Below are positions 28,333 through 45,679 of a DNA stretch of 64,000 nt, one piece after another (position 1 is the first letter of the stretch; each line of letters begins with the position of its first letter). The stretch comes from Octopus sinensis. Its lineage: Eukaryota. Both the position numbers and the translations under genes were made by a program. The DNA is taken from NCBI RefSeq assembly GCF_006345805.1, contig NC_043001.1, forward strand, positions 57,474,001 through 57,538,000. The letters are read 5' to 3'. The notes beneath the pieces were generated by a model. The model had not been told where the DNA came from and did no database searches. It worked only from the letters and a program-made list of their open reading frames with translations.

Positions 28333-28567
28333 GTGTGTATGTTTGTGTGTGTGTGTATGTTTATATGTCTGTATTTGTCCCCCCACCCCAACATCGCTTG
28401 ATAACCGATGCTGGTGTGTTTAAGTTCCCGTAACTTAGTTGTTCGGCAAAATAGACCGATAGAATATGTAATAGGCTTACAAAGAATAAGTCCTGGGGTC
28501 GATTTGTTCGACTAAAGGAGGTGCTCCAGCATGGCCGCTGTCAAATGACTGAAACAAGTAAAAGAGT
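28092..28567 (+). mobile_element. SINE family A, full length with internal (AT)n(GT)n
   Basis: tRNA-like head (tggctgtgtggtaag ... gggttcagtccc), conserved body and gaaacaagtaaaagagt tail. Confidence 0.92.
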
Positions 28568-28794
28568 ACGAGACTACCCGTGACTCATTGTGTCACCGGA
28601 AAATATTGAGTATTCCAGCAACGGTGCTTTGTTCCGTGTGTTTTTTTTTATTTTGCAGGTTATTTCGCATGCTTTCAACGAATGGGACATAGAAGTCACG
28701 TGCAAGCGGCTTCTTTTTCCAGAAAATGAAAGATTTGGCTGCTATTTCTTGCACGTTCTGCTACCACGTACCAAGTGTATATATATATATATAT

Positions 28795-30140
28795 AAGAAG
28801 GTTTGCAGATGAGAAATTCGGATAGTTTTATATTTACAGATATTTATTTGTATATTACATGTTTATATACATCATATAACTGTTATCATTTATCATATAA
28901 AAGCGCTTTCGTCCATTCTGGTGGATTTTTCAATTTGAAGTAAGTTGCTGTGGAAAATGTTTGAGCATTTTATAGTGTTATTGAGTGTTTAGTGGTGGGG
29001 AGGGATATAAGATAGTACAAGAGGGTGAAGAAAGAGGAGAAAGTGAGAGAGAGATCATATGTGTGTGTGTGTGTGCGTGTGTGTGTGTGCTTTTGTATCT
29101 GAAAGTATTGTTAGAGTAAAAGAAGGAAAGGAAGAAAAGGGAAAGAGGGATGAAGAAACAATTGTTTTGCTGGTTTCTTTTGTAGTTGGTCAGGATGTTT
29201 ACTCCAAGGGGGGTCTAAGATCTTGGGAAAAATTTGACTATTTTGTAGTGTTATTGAGTGTGTAGTAGTGGGGAGGGATATAAGATAGTACAAGAGGGTG
29301 ATGAATGGGGAGAAAGTGAGAGAGAGCATGTGCGTGTGTGTTTGTATCTGAAAATAGTGTTAGAGAAACAGAAGGGCAGGAAGAAAAGGGTAGAGAAAGA
29401 AGACCATAAATTATATTTCCTTTTTATCATTGTCTTGTAAGCGAGTGTGCGTGTGTGAGTGTTTGTGTTTATGTACGCGCGTCTGTTTGTGTCTTTCTAT
29501 CTGAAAGATACAAAGGAGGACAGTCAAGTTGTTAAGAATAATCAGTGGCACTTTTTTTATTATTCTTTTGCAACTGTAAATGGTTTTTGATTTTTAGAAA
29601 TTGGTCATTTCAAAAAAGAATTGTCTGGATTTTTTTTATTATTGTTTTGTGAAGCTGTGTGTGTGTGCGTGTGCGTGTGCATAGTGCCTGTGAGTCTGGT
29701 AGGTATGTCATTGGAGACGGGAAGAAAGGAGAAAGAGAGGAGGAAGAAATAATTGTGTTGATATTTATACCACTATTCAGTTCTTTCAATCCAATGTTTG
29801 ATTACAAAAACAGATTTGTTTTATTCAGATTTTAAAAGTCAGTTTCCTTTGGTGATCAACAAGAATGTAGAGTAATATACAGTGTACTAAATGCTATTCT
29901 ATGTTTGTTAAATTAAAAATTGAAAGATGTGTCCTTCAATGTATGATGAGCAAAATTTCATAAGGTCCATACTTGAAAAGGAGACTTTCTTGTGTTAAAG
30001 TTACAGATGACAGAATACAAACTGACAACCCCTGAGTCTGTTGTCTGATCTTCAATTGATTTAGTCTAATATTTCACTGATTGACAGCTAAATAAATATT
30101 AAATTTTATCATACAGAGGCAACTGGTTCCACAAATTAAG
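28795..30140 (-). mobile_element. Decayed Penelope-like remnant with degenerate minimal hammerhead and internal tandem duplication
   Basis: Minus 28936-28897 reads UUGAAAA AUCC-ACCAGAAU-GGAC GAAA GCGC UU. A direct duplication lies at ~28970-29150 / ~29245-29400. Only weak RT-like sequence near 30000. Confidence 0.45.
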
Positions 30141-31793
30141 GTAAAATGGTTTCATTCAAATATTATAATATTATTTGTTCAATGTTGTATTTTCAAAAAA
30201 CAAAACATATGTGTAGAACTATGTGTGTGTGTGTGCGTGTTTGTGTGTGTGTGTATGCGCGTGTGTGTGTGTGTGTGTGCGTGTTTAATTCAATTTACTT
30301 TACAAATTTGGTCCTTCATATGGTACATCTTATAGATATTTTCAGCCATTCAATTTGGGGGAGAACTTAGTTATGTCATTCTTTGGACATTTGTAGAAGG
30401 AAAATATCTTAAATGTTCCTTCTCCACATGTATCTGGGTGTTTACTCAGTGGTATCTTGCGCAGTTCCTCCTGTCGGACATGTCGGTGAATTCTGGCTCG
30501 TTAGCATAAAGAATTTCCAGTTTCACCTATGTAATCCTCCTTGCACGTGGGGCAGGTATATATATATATATACATATAAACATGCGTTGTTGTGTTTTCT
30601 CTTTGTGATTTTATGTTTGGATTAACTATATATATATATATATAAAAGCATATCCACGGAAAGCCCCTGTTACAATTTCAAGCGCAAGCCTGGAAAGTGA
30701 TGGCAAGAATGCTAGAAAGTGCAACACCCGGAAAACAAAAAAGGTGAATAGTGAAAATAACTTGGAATGTAGGCAAATAAGTTGGTGTTTACCCGAAATG
30801 AAACCCAAAATTCTATTGAATTTCAAAAATTAAATATTGCGATTACATAATTAAAAATACGGTTTAAATGTGTAAACTCACATCAAATGCCATAAAATAT
30901 TGTTATATAGGTGATTGATCATGCTTTATTAAACGGAGAATAGCTAACCTCGAAAATTCCTTTAAAAAAAAGAAAGAAGAATAATCGTACAAGCCTATAA
31001 AAATTAATTTGGTCCCTAAAGGATAATAATGATATATATTCAGTTAGTTGGGAGATAATTAGAAGGTCTAGGGAGTAAACGATGTAACCTATGTGTTGAC
31101 AAATTTTACCAAACTTTCACTTCAAAATGAAAAATCTGATAAAAAAAAATAGGCAAGAACGTGGCTTAAGGTCGCTTCATAAAAATATATGTATCTTTAT
31201 CAATTATTAATTAAACAATAAAATTATAAATTACTACAATAACAATTGGGTAAACAATAAAACAAATAATAAACAGTAATTAAATATATACCTCTAGAAA
31301 TAGAAATTCTCCCTGAAATGTGTAGAATGTTTAGCTTCCTAACCTAGACCTAATTTAACACTAGACCTCACTCCACATACCAAACCTAGCTGAGATTATC
31401 CATGGGTCATTAAATTTACATTTTATTCATTCAACTTCCTGATTTCTTCAGCTTACCTTCGAACAGCAGCAAGAAATAACCCTGATGATACTGCACTGAC
31501 ATTAACACCAACGTGCTCATCTTACAGTGTACAGTCGATTCAGTTGAAAGAATGAATGGTGTAATTCGCTGTTTAATAATATTATAGAGTGGAAAATTTC
31601 CTTTCTCCTGATTTGTACAAACACACACACACACACACAAACATACACACACGCACACACATACACACACAAAAACACCATATACATACACACATATATA
31701 TTAAATCACATATGTATATACAATGAATATTTTATATATATAATTTTATAAATATTATACACACACTTATTTATTCATGTATCATATATATAT

Positions 31794-31855
<62 letters not shown>

Positions 31856-33000
31856 TATTACCTGCGATGTATAGAATGTTATATTTTTCTCGTTCATCTC
31901 TATTGTGAAATTTGTGCCTGCAAGGTTTTTAAAGCGTTAAGGCAATAGAATTCTTGATATAAAATCTGAAATCACAGGAGAAAATTTTAAAGGCTTCTTA
32001 TTTCCTCAAAAGAAAGAAAGGAAGAAATCAAATTAATCGTATTAAAAATTAGGAAGTTGTAGAGTTCATAGTCGGGTTTAACCAAAGTTTGTAAACCATT
32101 TTCTTTTTGAAAAAGGTTTACAGATTTTGTAAACCTTTTCCCATGAATTCCTTTGGGGAGTCAAACTTTGGTTTCTACTTTCACTAGCGTTTAGGAATGA
32201 AACAAAATAATGCCTTCACTTCATCAGATTCGAAGTACATTCATCGCGTTGCAATCTTAATTTTCTCCGTTACCTTCTCTTTCCCAAATTGGCTGCATTT
32301 TATGGGTTAACCTTTTGTTGTATTTCCCTCATCTGGTCTTTATGCCCTTCCTTCCACGCTTCAATTTCTTTTTCACTGCGCTGCTGTTTGTTTCTTCTTA
32401 AAAGCTCTCATATTCATGTTCTCTTGTGGCTTCCTTCTCTTCTGTTCTTCGCTTTCACATTCTGCTCTCTTATTCTTCGTTGCTTCGTTTCTTTCTCTCT
32501 CAACCCAATTAACTTGTTCGGTAACTTCATATTACATCACTCTCCAACACATCGTAAGCGAAACATTAGAATGTCTCACTTCCTCTCTGAAAATTAATGA
32601 ATTCTACTTTTGAGATATTTACACTCACTAACTGCCAACACTGACCAATCCTTGTCCCCACGGAGACTACTGTTAAATCTAATATTTCATATTTGCACAA
32701 AAACAGAGATTTGGGGGAAGGTGTAGTCGATTTTTATTTATGCCAATAATTAACTCAAGCTCATTACTTAACCGAGAATAACAAAAGAAAAGACTAATTC
32801 GACTTGACTGCTGACTGAACTTATGTAAGTGTGTCACAATAAAAGACGCCGAGCATTTAATCTTCTGCATTGTAGGTGTTGCCACGACTTAACAACCTCG
32901 AATATATATAGTAAAAACAAAGACACAAGAGAGTTTGCAAAAAAGCATTTAGAAAAAATGTAGTTTGGTAAAATATATCTAATTAAAAAGAAATATCAAA

Positions 33001-36120
<3,120 letters not shown>

Positions 36121-36121
36121 A

Positions 36122-36185
<64 letters not shown>

Positions 36186-36226
36186 TAATAATAATAATAA
36201 TGATAATAATAATAATAATAATAATA

Positions 36227-36780
36227 AATGCCCTGATACAGTACTGGGCAGTGGCTCTCATGGCTTCTTATCTTAACTGATTGGAAGTGTTATCATGTAC
36301 ATTGTTTTGTTTTGGTATAAAAGATGGGCTAACAGCAAATATTCTGCTCAGTACCACAGATTTGCTTGTCAGTTGCTTGACCATAACCAATTGAGCATGT
36401 CCCTTAGTGACTCACAATATGTGCATCTCCGATCACGAGCAGAAGTAGTGGGGGAGCATCATAGCCATGTGTTGAGAGGAATTCTTTGGGGTTTGGATAA
36501 TTCACCTTCGGAAACATGGGTATTTCGTTCAACATCCTTAATCCTTATTCAGGGACCTTTTGAGTGGGAGGGGCTACTCGACCTGAAAAAAATTCTAATT
36601 GGGCCCCACCTGCAAGGTCATGCGCTGTTAATATTGATATGAGATCACCACGTCACGCACATATGGTTGTGATGCATGTGCCTAGTATGCCCTTATCAGA
36701 CGGGTATTCACGATGTGTATACTGGGCTTTGTATATTTTACCCCAGTGTCACTTTGATGGCATGCACTGCTCTCTCATTC
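36227..36780 (+). mobile_element. Non-autonomous ~550-bp element within (TAA)n (family D)
   Basis: Begins aatgccctgatacagtactgggcagtggc and ends gatggcatgcactgctctctcattc+aataac; homologous to 44778-45262 and 58945-59477. Confidence 0.85.
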
Positions 36781-36809
36781 AATAACAATAATTATAATGA
36801 TAATAATGA

Positions 36810-37450
36810 TTTCATATATTACCCACAAGCGCGAAGGAGGAGGGGGAAATACAAAGACAGACATGTATTGTGGATGTTTACATATAATGAGATGATAAAA
36901 AATACCAAGAAAAAGGTATCTACGGTATACACTGAAAATGAAGAGTTAAGTGCGTAGCCTACAAAGGTTTAAAATAAAAAGAAAGTGACGGGAAATATGA
37001 TAGAGGTGTAGCCTTCCTGATAAAGGAAGGCCGCTAGGGATAATCGAGGAAGCACCCTGTCCAAGATTTTCCTGTAATCCCAAGAGTAAATGCCTTCTCC
37101 AATTCCTTCTCTCGGACTCACAGGTCTACACTTAGAGAGGTACCATCCACTCTTGCCATTTTCGCAACTTTCATCCACCTTTCAATAGACTCGCCCTAGG
37201 ACAGTACTTCCCTCTCCACTCTCAATTTCGTTTTCAAGTAAATCTTGAAGCAGTCAATGACAGCTCTACCAAAGAGGAATGTGTCTGCTTCATGCCTTTC
37301 AGCATTGTTCATCAAACAACCACTTTCCCCACAGCAACTAGGCAAAGGAAAACTGCCTTGCCTGCCCGATTGTTTTATTCTGAGATTGCTTTATTCTCTG
37401 AAAAATACAAAGCGGGAATATGTTTTCTGTGTAGCAGGTGATTGTGACAT
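36810..37450 (-). mobile_element. L1/Tx1-like LINE 3' end
   Basis: Minus YLKTKLRVEREVLS*GESIERWMKVAKMARV, then a 3' UTR ending in an (ATT)-type tail; related to 41008-41350. Confidence 0.6.
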
Positions 37451-37804
37451 ACCGGGAATGGCATAAAAATGTTGTATACAGAAAAATGGCGTCTATTTTT
37501 GAGTCAAGAAATATCAGGTCCAAAAGGACAGACCTTGTTATATGTATTTGTCCAAACAAAGGTGTGTCCAAGAACTTTTGAAGTTATTTTATTGTGTATC
37601 CATACATGTGATGCTACGCAACCGTATCCATGTGTACATAACATTTAATTGCTATGTTTCAATTGTTAATCATATCATCAGTTTATATTTACATGCAGCA
37701 GAGCAGATGGAATAATGATAGTATTGGTTTCAAATTTTGCTACAAGACCTACTAGTACTTCGTTTATCAACCTCGATAGGAATTTAAACTTACAATATGG
37801 TATT

Positions 37805-38112
37805 TGGACTCTGTCGCTTACGACAACGAGGATTCCAGTTGATCCGATCGACGGAACATACTGCTCATGAAATTAACGTGCATGTGGCTGAGCATTCCAC
37901 AAGCATGTGCGCCCTTAGTGTATTTCTCAGGTAGATTCAGTGTGACACAGAGTGTGACAAGACTGGCCCTTTGAAACACATTTTTGACAGTTGAGAGGAG
38001 TGCAACAACGTTAGATAAATAATCTTACTCAAAGGCACAATCCATCGCCCAGAATTGAAGTCAGGACCTTACGATCTTGAGCCGAATACCCTAAGCACTA
38101 AGGCACGCGCCT
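37805..38112 (-). mobile_element. tRNA-derived SINE family C
   Basis: Reverse complement begins aggcgcgtgccttagtgcttagggtattcggctcaagatcgtaaggtcctgacttcaattc (degenerate A/B boxes). Confidence 0.7.
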
Positions 38113-40219
38113 TCTCTCAACTCACAACATAAAAGACGGACGACATGTCACTAAGCCCATTGCCAGCGTGCCATCGATTCTGCTCGCTCGCTGCCTTGAA
38201 TAATAATATTTATATTAATATTAAACATATACCATCGAGGTCAACTTTGCTTTCCTGCTTTCAGAGTCGATAAAATATGTACCATTTGATTACTGACGTC
38301 GACGTAATCGACCTACCACCTCCCACAAAATTGGTGGCCTTGTACTAAAATTTGAAACCAGAATTAAAAGTAAGCATAATATAATAATAAAAGACTTTAC
38401 AAATTTTGGCTAGCAGCTTTTAGGAGAAATGATAAGACTATACTATCTATCCTATTACTTGAATGGTAATTAATTTTGTCGATTGTGGAAGGCAAGAGAC
38501 GAAGTTGACCACAACGTGAACGAAAAGAGCGGGAACAAATAACGTAACAATAACAACTTTTGTTAAAGTATGTTTATGCAGAAAGAACTTTACTTCAATT
38601 TGTATTAAATGAGAACCGAACTTCGATCTGTTAATGACAGCGGGTTCATTCAGCAACACCATGTCAAAGTTTACCAGATATTGGAGATGTTAGAAGCAGT
38701 GCTTACTGTGAGTGAAGAGCTAAGCCTCGTATCACTGTTAGTCCATCTTAGCGGGGTTACTGTGAGGTCTGGCAGGCTATCAGTAATTAGATACACTTCT
38801 CTCTGTAGAATCGTTAAATGGTTGTAGTTTGATAACTTAAATAGGAGATCAGATTAAAACGGTAATGTTAGTTCTTCACGAACTTTAAGTTCCTTCACGA
38901 GGGTTTCAACACAATCTCTGATATTTTGACTGGATATTAGATAAATATATCTCATATGTTTTGTGATGGAAATTATATATTGTAACTTCAGGTTCTATGC
39001 CATTTGAATTTGTGATGTCACGGTGGCATATGTTTTGATATTGTTCGGTTATTTTGGTTTGGAATGAAACAACTAATTTGAGAGTTGGCTGCTATAATGT
39101 TTCGTAATAACAGGTTCTGACTTGATATAAAGCGAGTGATTTTAAGGAAAGAGTTTTAGTCTATGTCCCATAGTAATATGTTTGAAATATCTAATCAGAC
39201 TAAAATCGGTCCCGTGTAAATTTTTCATTACTAGGTAACCATTCGGAATGCTTAAGGGACATGGTTTCCGAATGAAAAGGCACTCTGTAATCAAACTGAC
39301 TAGCGCATTTGACGACGTCTACGTCTCCCACATTATTTTCGAGCAGAGTTCAGCTTGCTGTAGGGATAATCAGTTGAATTTATTTAATGATATGCATGGG
39401 TATTCAACCTTTTCTATCTCTCTTTAGTGTTGGAGCTGTAGTCGTATTTTGAGCGTAACTTTTCTTTCTTTACTGCTGATATGCCTCTGTGTTTTTCAAG
39501 ATATTGATGATTTTATCCAGTGAATTAAATCAAGACATTTTGAAAGTCAGCACTCCAAGAAAGATGAGCTTTCACTGCATCTTCTGCAGATACATTTGTT
39601 GTTGTTGCTGCTGTCATTGATTATAAATGGGGTGGCAGCAGGGGTTCGTTCCAATGCCATTACTACAGCAGTTGTAGTGGTGACAAGGAATTCTCTTTCG
39701 CAGGCGAGATATGGCCGGCGGCGGTGGTTTTCCTGCGTATCCCAATTTTCCTCTTTGACTCATTTACTTGTGCTAATACTGTCATTGCCGCTGTCGCTGT
39801 TGATATTATTGTTATTTTTGCTGCTGATGATGATGCTGATACTGTTGTTTTTCACTTCTACTTTTGTGGTGTTACATGACTGGAGTTGATGACTTCAATT
39901 AGACTTTTACTTTCAAAATTACTTCCTCGCTTGCTGACCAACAAGTAAGAATGAGAGCGTGGAAGTCATTTTGAATATTCAACTTTATTAAAAAAATAAT
40001 TTCTTCCTTTCAATGTTTTGCCCAGGGAGTGATAATCAAATGCACCATCCTATCCTTTAAAGTCCAGGTTGGTTTAATAAGAAGACAACACATTGAAATT
40101 TTAAAAATGCATCTTTTACAGAGGAAAATACACCAACTCGAGGTCTTAAATATTCAGTCAGAAAGGATGAGCAGTAACAAGAACAACAGCTATAATAATA
40201 ATAATAATAATGATTTCTA

Positions 40220-40760
40220 ATGTTGGCACAAGACCATCAATTCCGGGATAAGTTCATTACATCGACCCCGGTGATGCTTCTCTTATCGACCCCGAAATGG
40301 AAGAAAGCAAAGCTGAACTCGGTGGGATTTGAATTCAGAACGCAAAGACGGACAAAATACCGCTAACAATATAGACACAAGGCCTATTCGGGCAATGGGA
40401 TTTGATACCATAGACAACAGTATTGACACTTTAATTATTGACCCCGCAGAAATAAAATGTGAAGTTAACTTCGGTGGAATTAGAACACAGAACGTAAGCT
40501 GCCGGTAGAAATACTCCTAGACATATGCATCTAATGAATCTGCTAGCTCACTGTCACTAAGGATAAAGCTAATGTTAAGGAGTTCGGCCCGCAGCTTTTT
40601 AGATTAGTCAATACTATCGATCCCATTATTTGACTAATTTTTCATTTTATCGGTTCAAGAAGAACGAGAGGCAAAATTGACCTCAGCTGCAATTCATCTC
40701 AAAGAAAGAGTCGGAACAAATTACATAAGTTTTTTTCAAACGATCTATAATTTCTGTCAT
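40220..40760 (-). mobile_element. Cluster of diverged SINE family B fragments
   Basis: Repeated tcgacccc..gaa..aaag..aactcggtgggatttgaattcagaacg motifs, the reverse complement of the family B body. Confidence 0.6.
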
Positions 40761-40765
40761 TTCAT

Positions 40766-41007
40766 TAATAATAATAATAATAATAACAATAATAATAATA
40801 ATAATAATAATATAATAATAATAATAATAATAATAACAACAACAACAACAATAATAATAATGATAATAATAATAATAATAATAATAATAATATAATAATA
40901 ATAAGTAGAAGAAGAAGAAGAAGAGAAGAAGAAGAAGAAGAAGAAGAAGAAGAGAAGAAGAAGAAGAAGAAGAAGAAGAAGAAGAAGAAGAAGAAGAAGA
41001 AGAAGAA
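40766..41007. repeat. (TAA)n then (GAA)n microsatellite
   Basis: Directly visible. Confidence 0.95.
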
Positions 41008-43220
41008 TGTTTTCTTTACAACAACGAAGGTTTTATAAAAAAAAAATTGGGAACGGTACAGGAAAATACAATTCAGATGTTATATAAAGCGTGTCCATAA
41101 AAATATTAACGATACCAAAAGTCATTTTATATACGGAAAATTACCCACATAAGGGACATTTCAATGGGCTGTTCATGGAAATCACATAAAACCAGGGTCA
41201 ATCGAACGAAGAGATCATGTGCCCACTCCACATCATCCCCCTTCCACCCACAAATGTATGCTCAGAATAGACCCATTCACTTGGATCATTCTTGCAGCAT
41301 TTACTAACTTTTAAACAGGTTTACAGAGAGGCAGCACCTTCCTCTGCCATTCAGGCACATAGAACCGTTTTCATTCCCTCATTCCTTAGAGCACGCGCCT
41401 TAGATGTGACAGTGTATCCTTCATGCTTACATTTGAAGAATGTGTCGCTACCACTACGCTGGCTGCAATGATTTTCCAGTGCGCTTCTTCTACGTTTTTA
41501 AGTTCCTTTCTTTTTTTATTTATTTCTGTCACCTTACTTAATCTGAGTTTACTCTAATTGCCATTTTCAGGGCAAACCGCCATTTGTTGTTAACGATTGA
41601 CTCCGTCAATGTCAGCTCAATTACTTGGGAGTGGTGTTCATGATGTTGGTCTTGAGTGCTATATGTTTTCGTTTGTTGAGGTGCTTCTTATGTCGGTGGT
41701 ATTGGAGATGTGTGTAATTGCGTTGGTTTAGTTTGTGTGAGTGTGTGATGGCTTGTTGGTGTCTCCTCCTGTAATCACTTTGTTTTTAGTCTTGTACCGC
41801 TCTTTGGGTAGGTTTCCAAGGTTGTTTTCATCGTTAGGCGAAATTTTCATAGTCGGAGTGTTCTGTAGCAGAGAAGAGAGATATGTTTGCTCAGTCGCGC
41901 ATTCCTTGACCATTGCTCTGGGCGACCGGTGTGGTTGAGGCTTCACTCGTTTGCAATGGTGAAGGTGGCTTTATTGTCTCTCTTATTTAGGGTAACAGTG
42001 CATGCAGCTGATGTATTGAATGTCTCTCTTCTTTTCTACTTTCTGTATATTTGTTAGTGATATTTTATTTGATTGCTTGATTGTGGTGATGATGGTTTCA
42101 TTGGTATTATTTCTGTTGTGCCTGTGTTTGGTGTGAGTAACTTATTTGCAGTTTCAGATGCTTGTGTGTATATTTGTTCTTGGGTCTGTTTAGGTTGTTT
42201 GGTGATGGTGATGTGTTGGTGTTTTAGGGGAGATGTTTGCGTGGGAGGTGTCTCTATTTTTTTATTGAGGGTGTTGTTAAACTTTGTAGATTATTTTTGG
42301 TTTTTAGTGGCTTTTGATATTCCTTCATCTTCACTCGTGGAAGAGGAAGATTTATGTGGCTGTAAATGTGTCTGTATGGGTGGTTATGTTTTTATTCACG
42401 TGTGAATTTTTCTTTTGTGGAGAGTGGAAGAGCTTTCCTCGTTTTTCCCTTGGGTGTTCTTTGGTGGTGTTTCCTTTGGTGTTGTTGCTGGTGCCCCGGT
42501 GTAGGCAGCACCCGAGACCTTTGATCGCTTTCAACTCTTATCAGTTGAGGGTAGAAGGTTCGGATATGGGTTGTTTCTCCACGAAGGAAACAAAGCGGCA
42601 TTTTCCCTCAGTCATTATATGTATCACCGTCCCGTTCTGGAGATGGATGTGGCCCGGGATTCTTATTAAATTTTCAGGCCTGATCTACAAATGTATCTTC
42701 AGGTCAACCCCGAACCAGTCCTCCCTGGCATTTTTGTCACCTCCATCAAGACAGTATCCGTCCCTTGTACAATTACGCATCTCATATTAAGTCCTTGGTG
42801 GAATTCAGGGAATGCGGATACATGCTGTTCGTCTTCCCGTGAGGGAGGGGTACTTTATGACCTTGCTGGTTCTGCTAGGGATCATTGATTGTTTCATAGA
42901 GAGGGCTTGTGACTTAAGCAGCACCGAGACTGTACCGTATTATCTGCCTTTCGCTGTGTACTCGGTGTCATCTCTGATGCACTTCAGCACAGTTTCAGTA
43001 TCTGCTTCGGCAAATGAAGCCGTTTTCTTTGTTTCTGCTGAGTTGCATCTGAAATGCACCGTTCTTCTCTCCACTGCTATGATGGCTTCCACCAGGACAG
43101 TTAAGCTGTCCCAGGCTTGCTTTTGCTTGATCAGTTTCCAGGTCTAGGACAACTTGTCGTTTTTATTTGTGAGGTCAATGTTGTAGCTTGATCCCTTTTT
43201 GGCTGCTGCAACAGCCTAAA
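41008..43220 (-). mobile_element. Internally deleted L1/Tx1-like element (ORF1 remnant plus 3' end)
   Basis: Degenerate zinc knuckle PLCFLRGETTHIRTFYP (42550-42600). The ORF1 region resembles 60300-60800, and the 3' end VNAARMIQVNG is similar to the 37100 region. Confidence 0.6.
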
Positions 43221-43377
43221 GCGTTCTTGACATCAGTAATGTTGGTAATGTTCTCGTTGTTGCTGTTGAAGTTGCTTGTGCTGCTGTTGTTGTCGTTGTT
43301 GTTGGTGTTGTTGGTGCTGTTTGTGTAGTTGTTGTTATTACTGCTGCTGCTGCTGCTACTACTACTACTACTACTAT

Positions 43378-43409
<32 letters not shown>

Positions 43410-43884
43410 TCACTGCTACCGCTGTTGATGTCACTGCTACTGTTGCTGTTGTCGATGTTGCTGCTGCTGTTACAACGAGATGGACTTGCTACTTTTTCAC
43501 TCTCGCTTCTTTCCTCCCTCTTTCCGTTGTTGACCCACTAACTGAGGGAAGGGGAAGGAAATCTTCAGTAGTCACCAGACCTGCGGGAGGGGCAGATTTT
43601 TTCTCATCTCTTTCAAGACGCGCTCCACCATCTTGTTGTGTTGTATTTCATTAAACGCCCACCGAACTTATTTCGTGGGCCGAATATATCTCATCGATGG
43701 ACTAAACAAACACAGAAAACCAGTGACAGGTTTCTGGTGTTTCTATTAACAGCTTGGTACAAAATGAATGACGAAAAAGGCATTAAACTCGTGTTAGTAA
43801 ATGTTTTAAACTGAACCCACCTGACACGTCCGATGTATTCCGCAGCGAATAATGATAGTCATATTTTTTATATATATATACCCA

Positions 43885-44260
43885 GGCCTATTCACCATTT
43901 TTAGGAGGGTGTAGCCACAACAAGAAACCCACCAGGCATTCCATTCATTTTCCAGCTCAAAGAAGTGGGCCTCGTTCCCTGCTCGGGTTAAGACATAGAA
44001 CGCAACTCCTAATATCAAACGTGGAGCCCGACAGCATATGCTGGTTTGGTCCCACCGCATCATGCTGGTCCTGTACTTCTTTGAGCAACATCAAATTCAC
44101 TTCTCCGTCCACAAACACTCTCCAAGTTTTCCAATCATTCATAAACTCTTTTGCCTCAATCCAACACCTCTAACCACGAAAGCTTTTCTCACTCCATCCA
44201 TTAACACAATCCGAGATCTGCCTCAAGTTCTGATGCCTAGCACTTCTGCCTTCATCACCC
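43885..44260 (-). mobile_element. RTE-like LINE 3' remnant
   Basis: Minus VLGIRT*GRSRIVLMDGVRK resembles G.R.RGRPR..W.D.V. Confidence 0.5.
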
Positions 44261-44289
44261 TCCTAACCATAATAATAACAATAATGGCT

Positions 44290-44515
44290 ACAAATTTTGG
44301 CACAAGGGCCAAATTTTAGGGAGGGGGCTAGTCGATAACATTGATTCCAGTATTCAACAGGAACTTATTTTATTCACCCCGAAAGGATAAAAGGCAAAGT
44401 CGACACCGTCCTTATTTGAACTCAGAACGTAGCGACGGGCTACATTCTGCTAAGCAGAACGAAATTCTGCTAAGCATTTCGTCCAGCGTGCTAACGATTT
44501 TTCCATATGGCCGCC
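44290..44515 (-). mobile_element. SINE family B
   Basis: aaaggcaaagtcgac..ttgaactcagaacg..ctaagcatttcgtccagcgtgctaacgatt..gccgcc is the reverse complement of the 16584 copy. Confidence 0.85.
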
Positions 44516-44517
44516 TT

Positions 44518-44760
<243 letters not shown>

Positions 44761-44777
44761 GACGCTCCGATGCAGTA

Positions 44778-45262
44778 AATGCCCTGATGCAGTAACAGAC
44801 AGTGGCACACATGGCTTCTGGTCTTAACCGATTGGAAGTCTTATCGTGTACATCCTTTTGTCTTGGTATAAAAGATGGACTACAGCAAATATTCTGCTCA
44901 GTACTACAGATATGCTTGTCAGTTGCTTGAACGTCACCAGTTGGACATGTCTTTTAGTGTTTGACGATATGTGCATGTCTGATCTTGAGAAGTAGTGGAG
45001 GAGCATCATAACCTTGGGTGTTTTGTTCATCATCCTTAAGCAAACCTTATTCAGGGACGTTTTGAGCGGGATGGGATACTCAAGTTGAAAAAATTCTGAC
45101 TGGGATCCACCTACAAGGTTATGTGCTGTATATCTTGATATGAGATCACCATGTCGCGCAGGTATGGTTGTAATGCATATGTCTGCAGTACCCTTAGCAG
45201 ACCGGTAGTCATGATGGGTATACTGGGCCTCGTATATTTGTACCTCAGTGTCACTTTGATGG
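44778..45262 (+). mobile_element. Family D non-autonomous element within (TAA)n
   Basis: Colinear with 36227-36780 (one internal deletion); followed by (TAA)n to 45338. Confidence 0.85.
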
Positions 45263-45271
45263 ACAATAATA

Positions 45272-45341
<70 letters not shown>

Positions 45342-45679
45342 TGCTTGTTATTACGTTGATTAGCCTGTCAATAACACTTTCACGTGATTAGAGCAAAAGT
45401 GGGAGAAAGAAACGGAGAGAGAAAAAGAGGTTGAGAGAAGCATCCATGACGTGAGGTAGAGAGAACGTAATTGTAACGCTTTTACGAGATTAGTTGACGG
45501 AAAAGGGAGAACGAGAGAAAAAACGGAATGAGAAAAAGAGAATATAGTGAAGAGTGAGGCAGAAAGAGAGGGAAAAGTAAAGAGAGAGAGAGGTGGTGGT
45601 TGTGGTGGTGAGTGCATAGTGAAAAGTGATTTGTTTTTTAATTGAACTGTTTTATATCACTTAACGTAGGTGCATCCCA

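Noticed and set aside
31457-31520. Possible minus-strand exon ending gaag|gtaagc
   Set aside because: Weak acceptor and no recognisable peptide or partner exons
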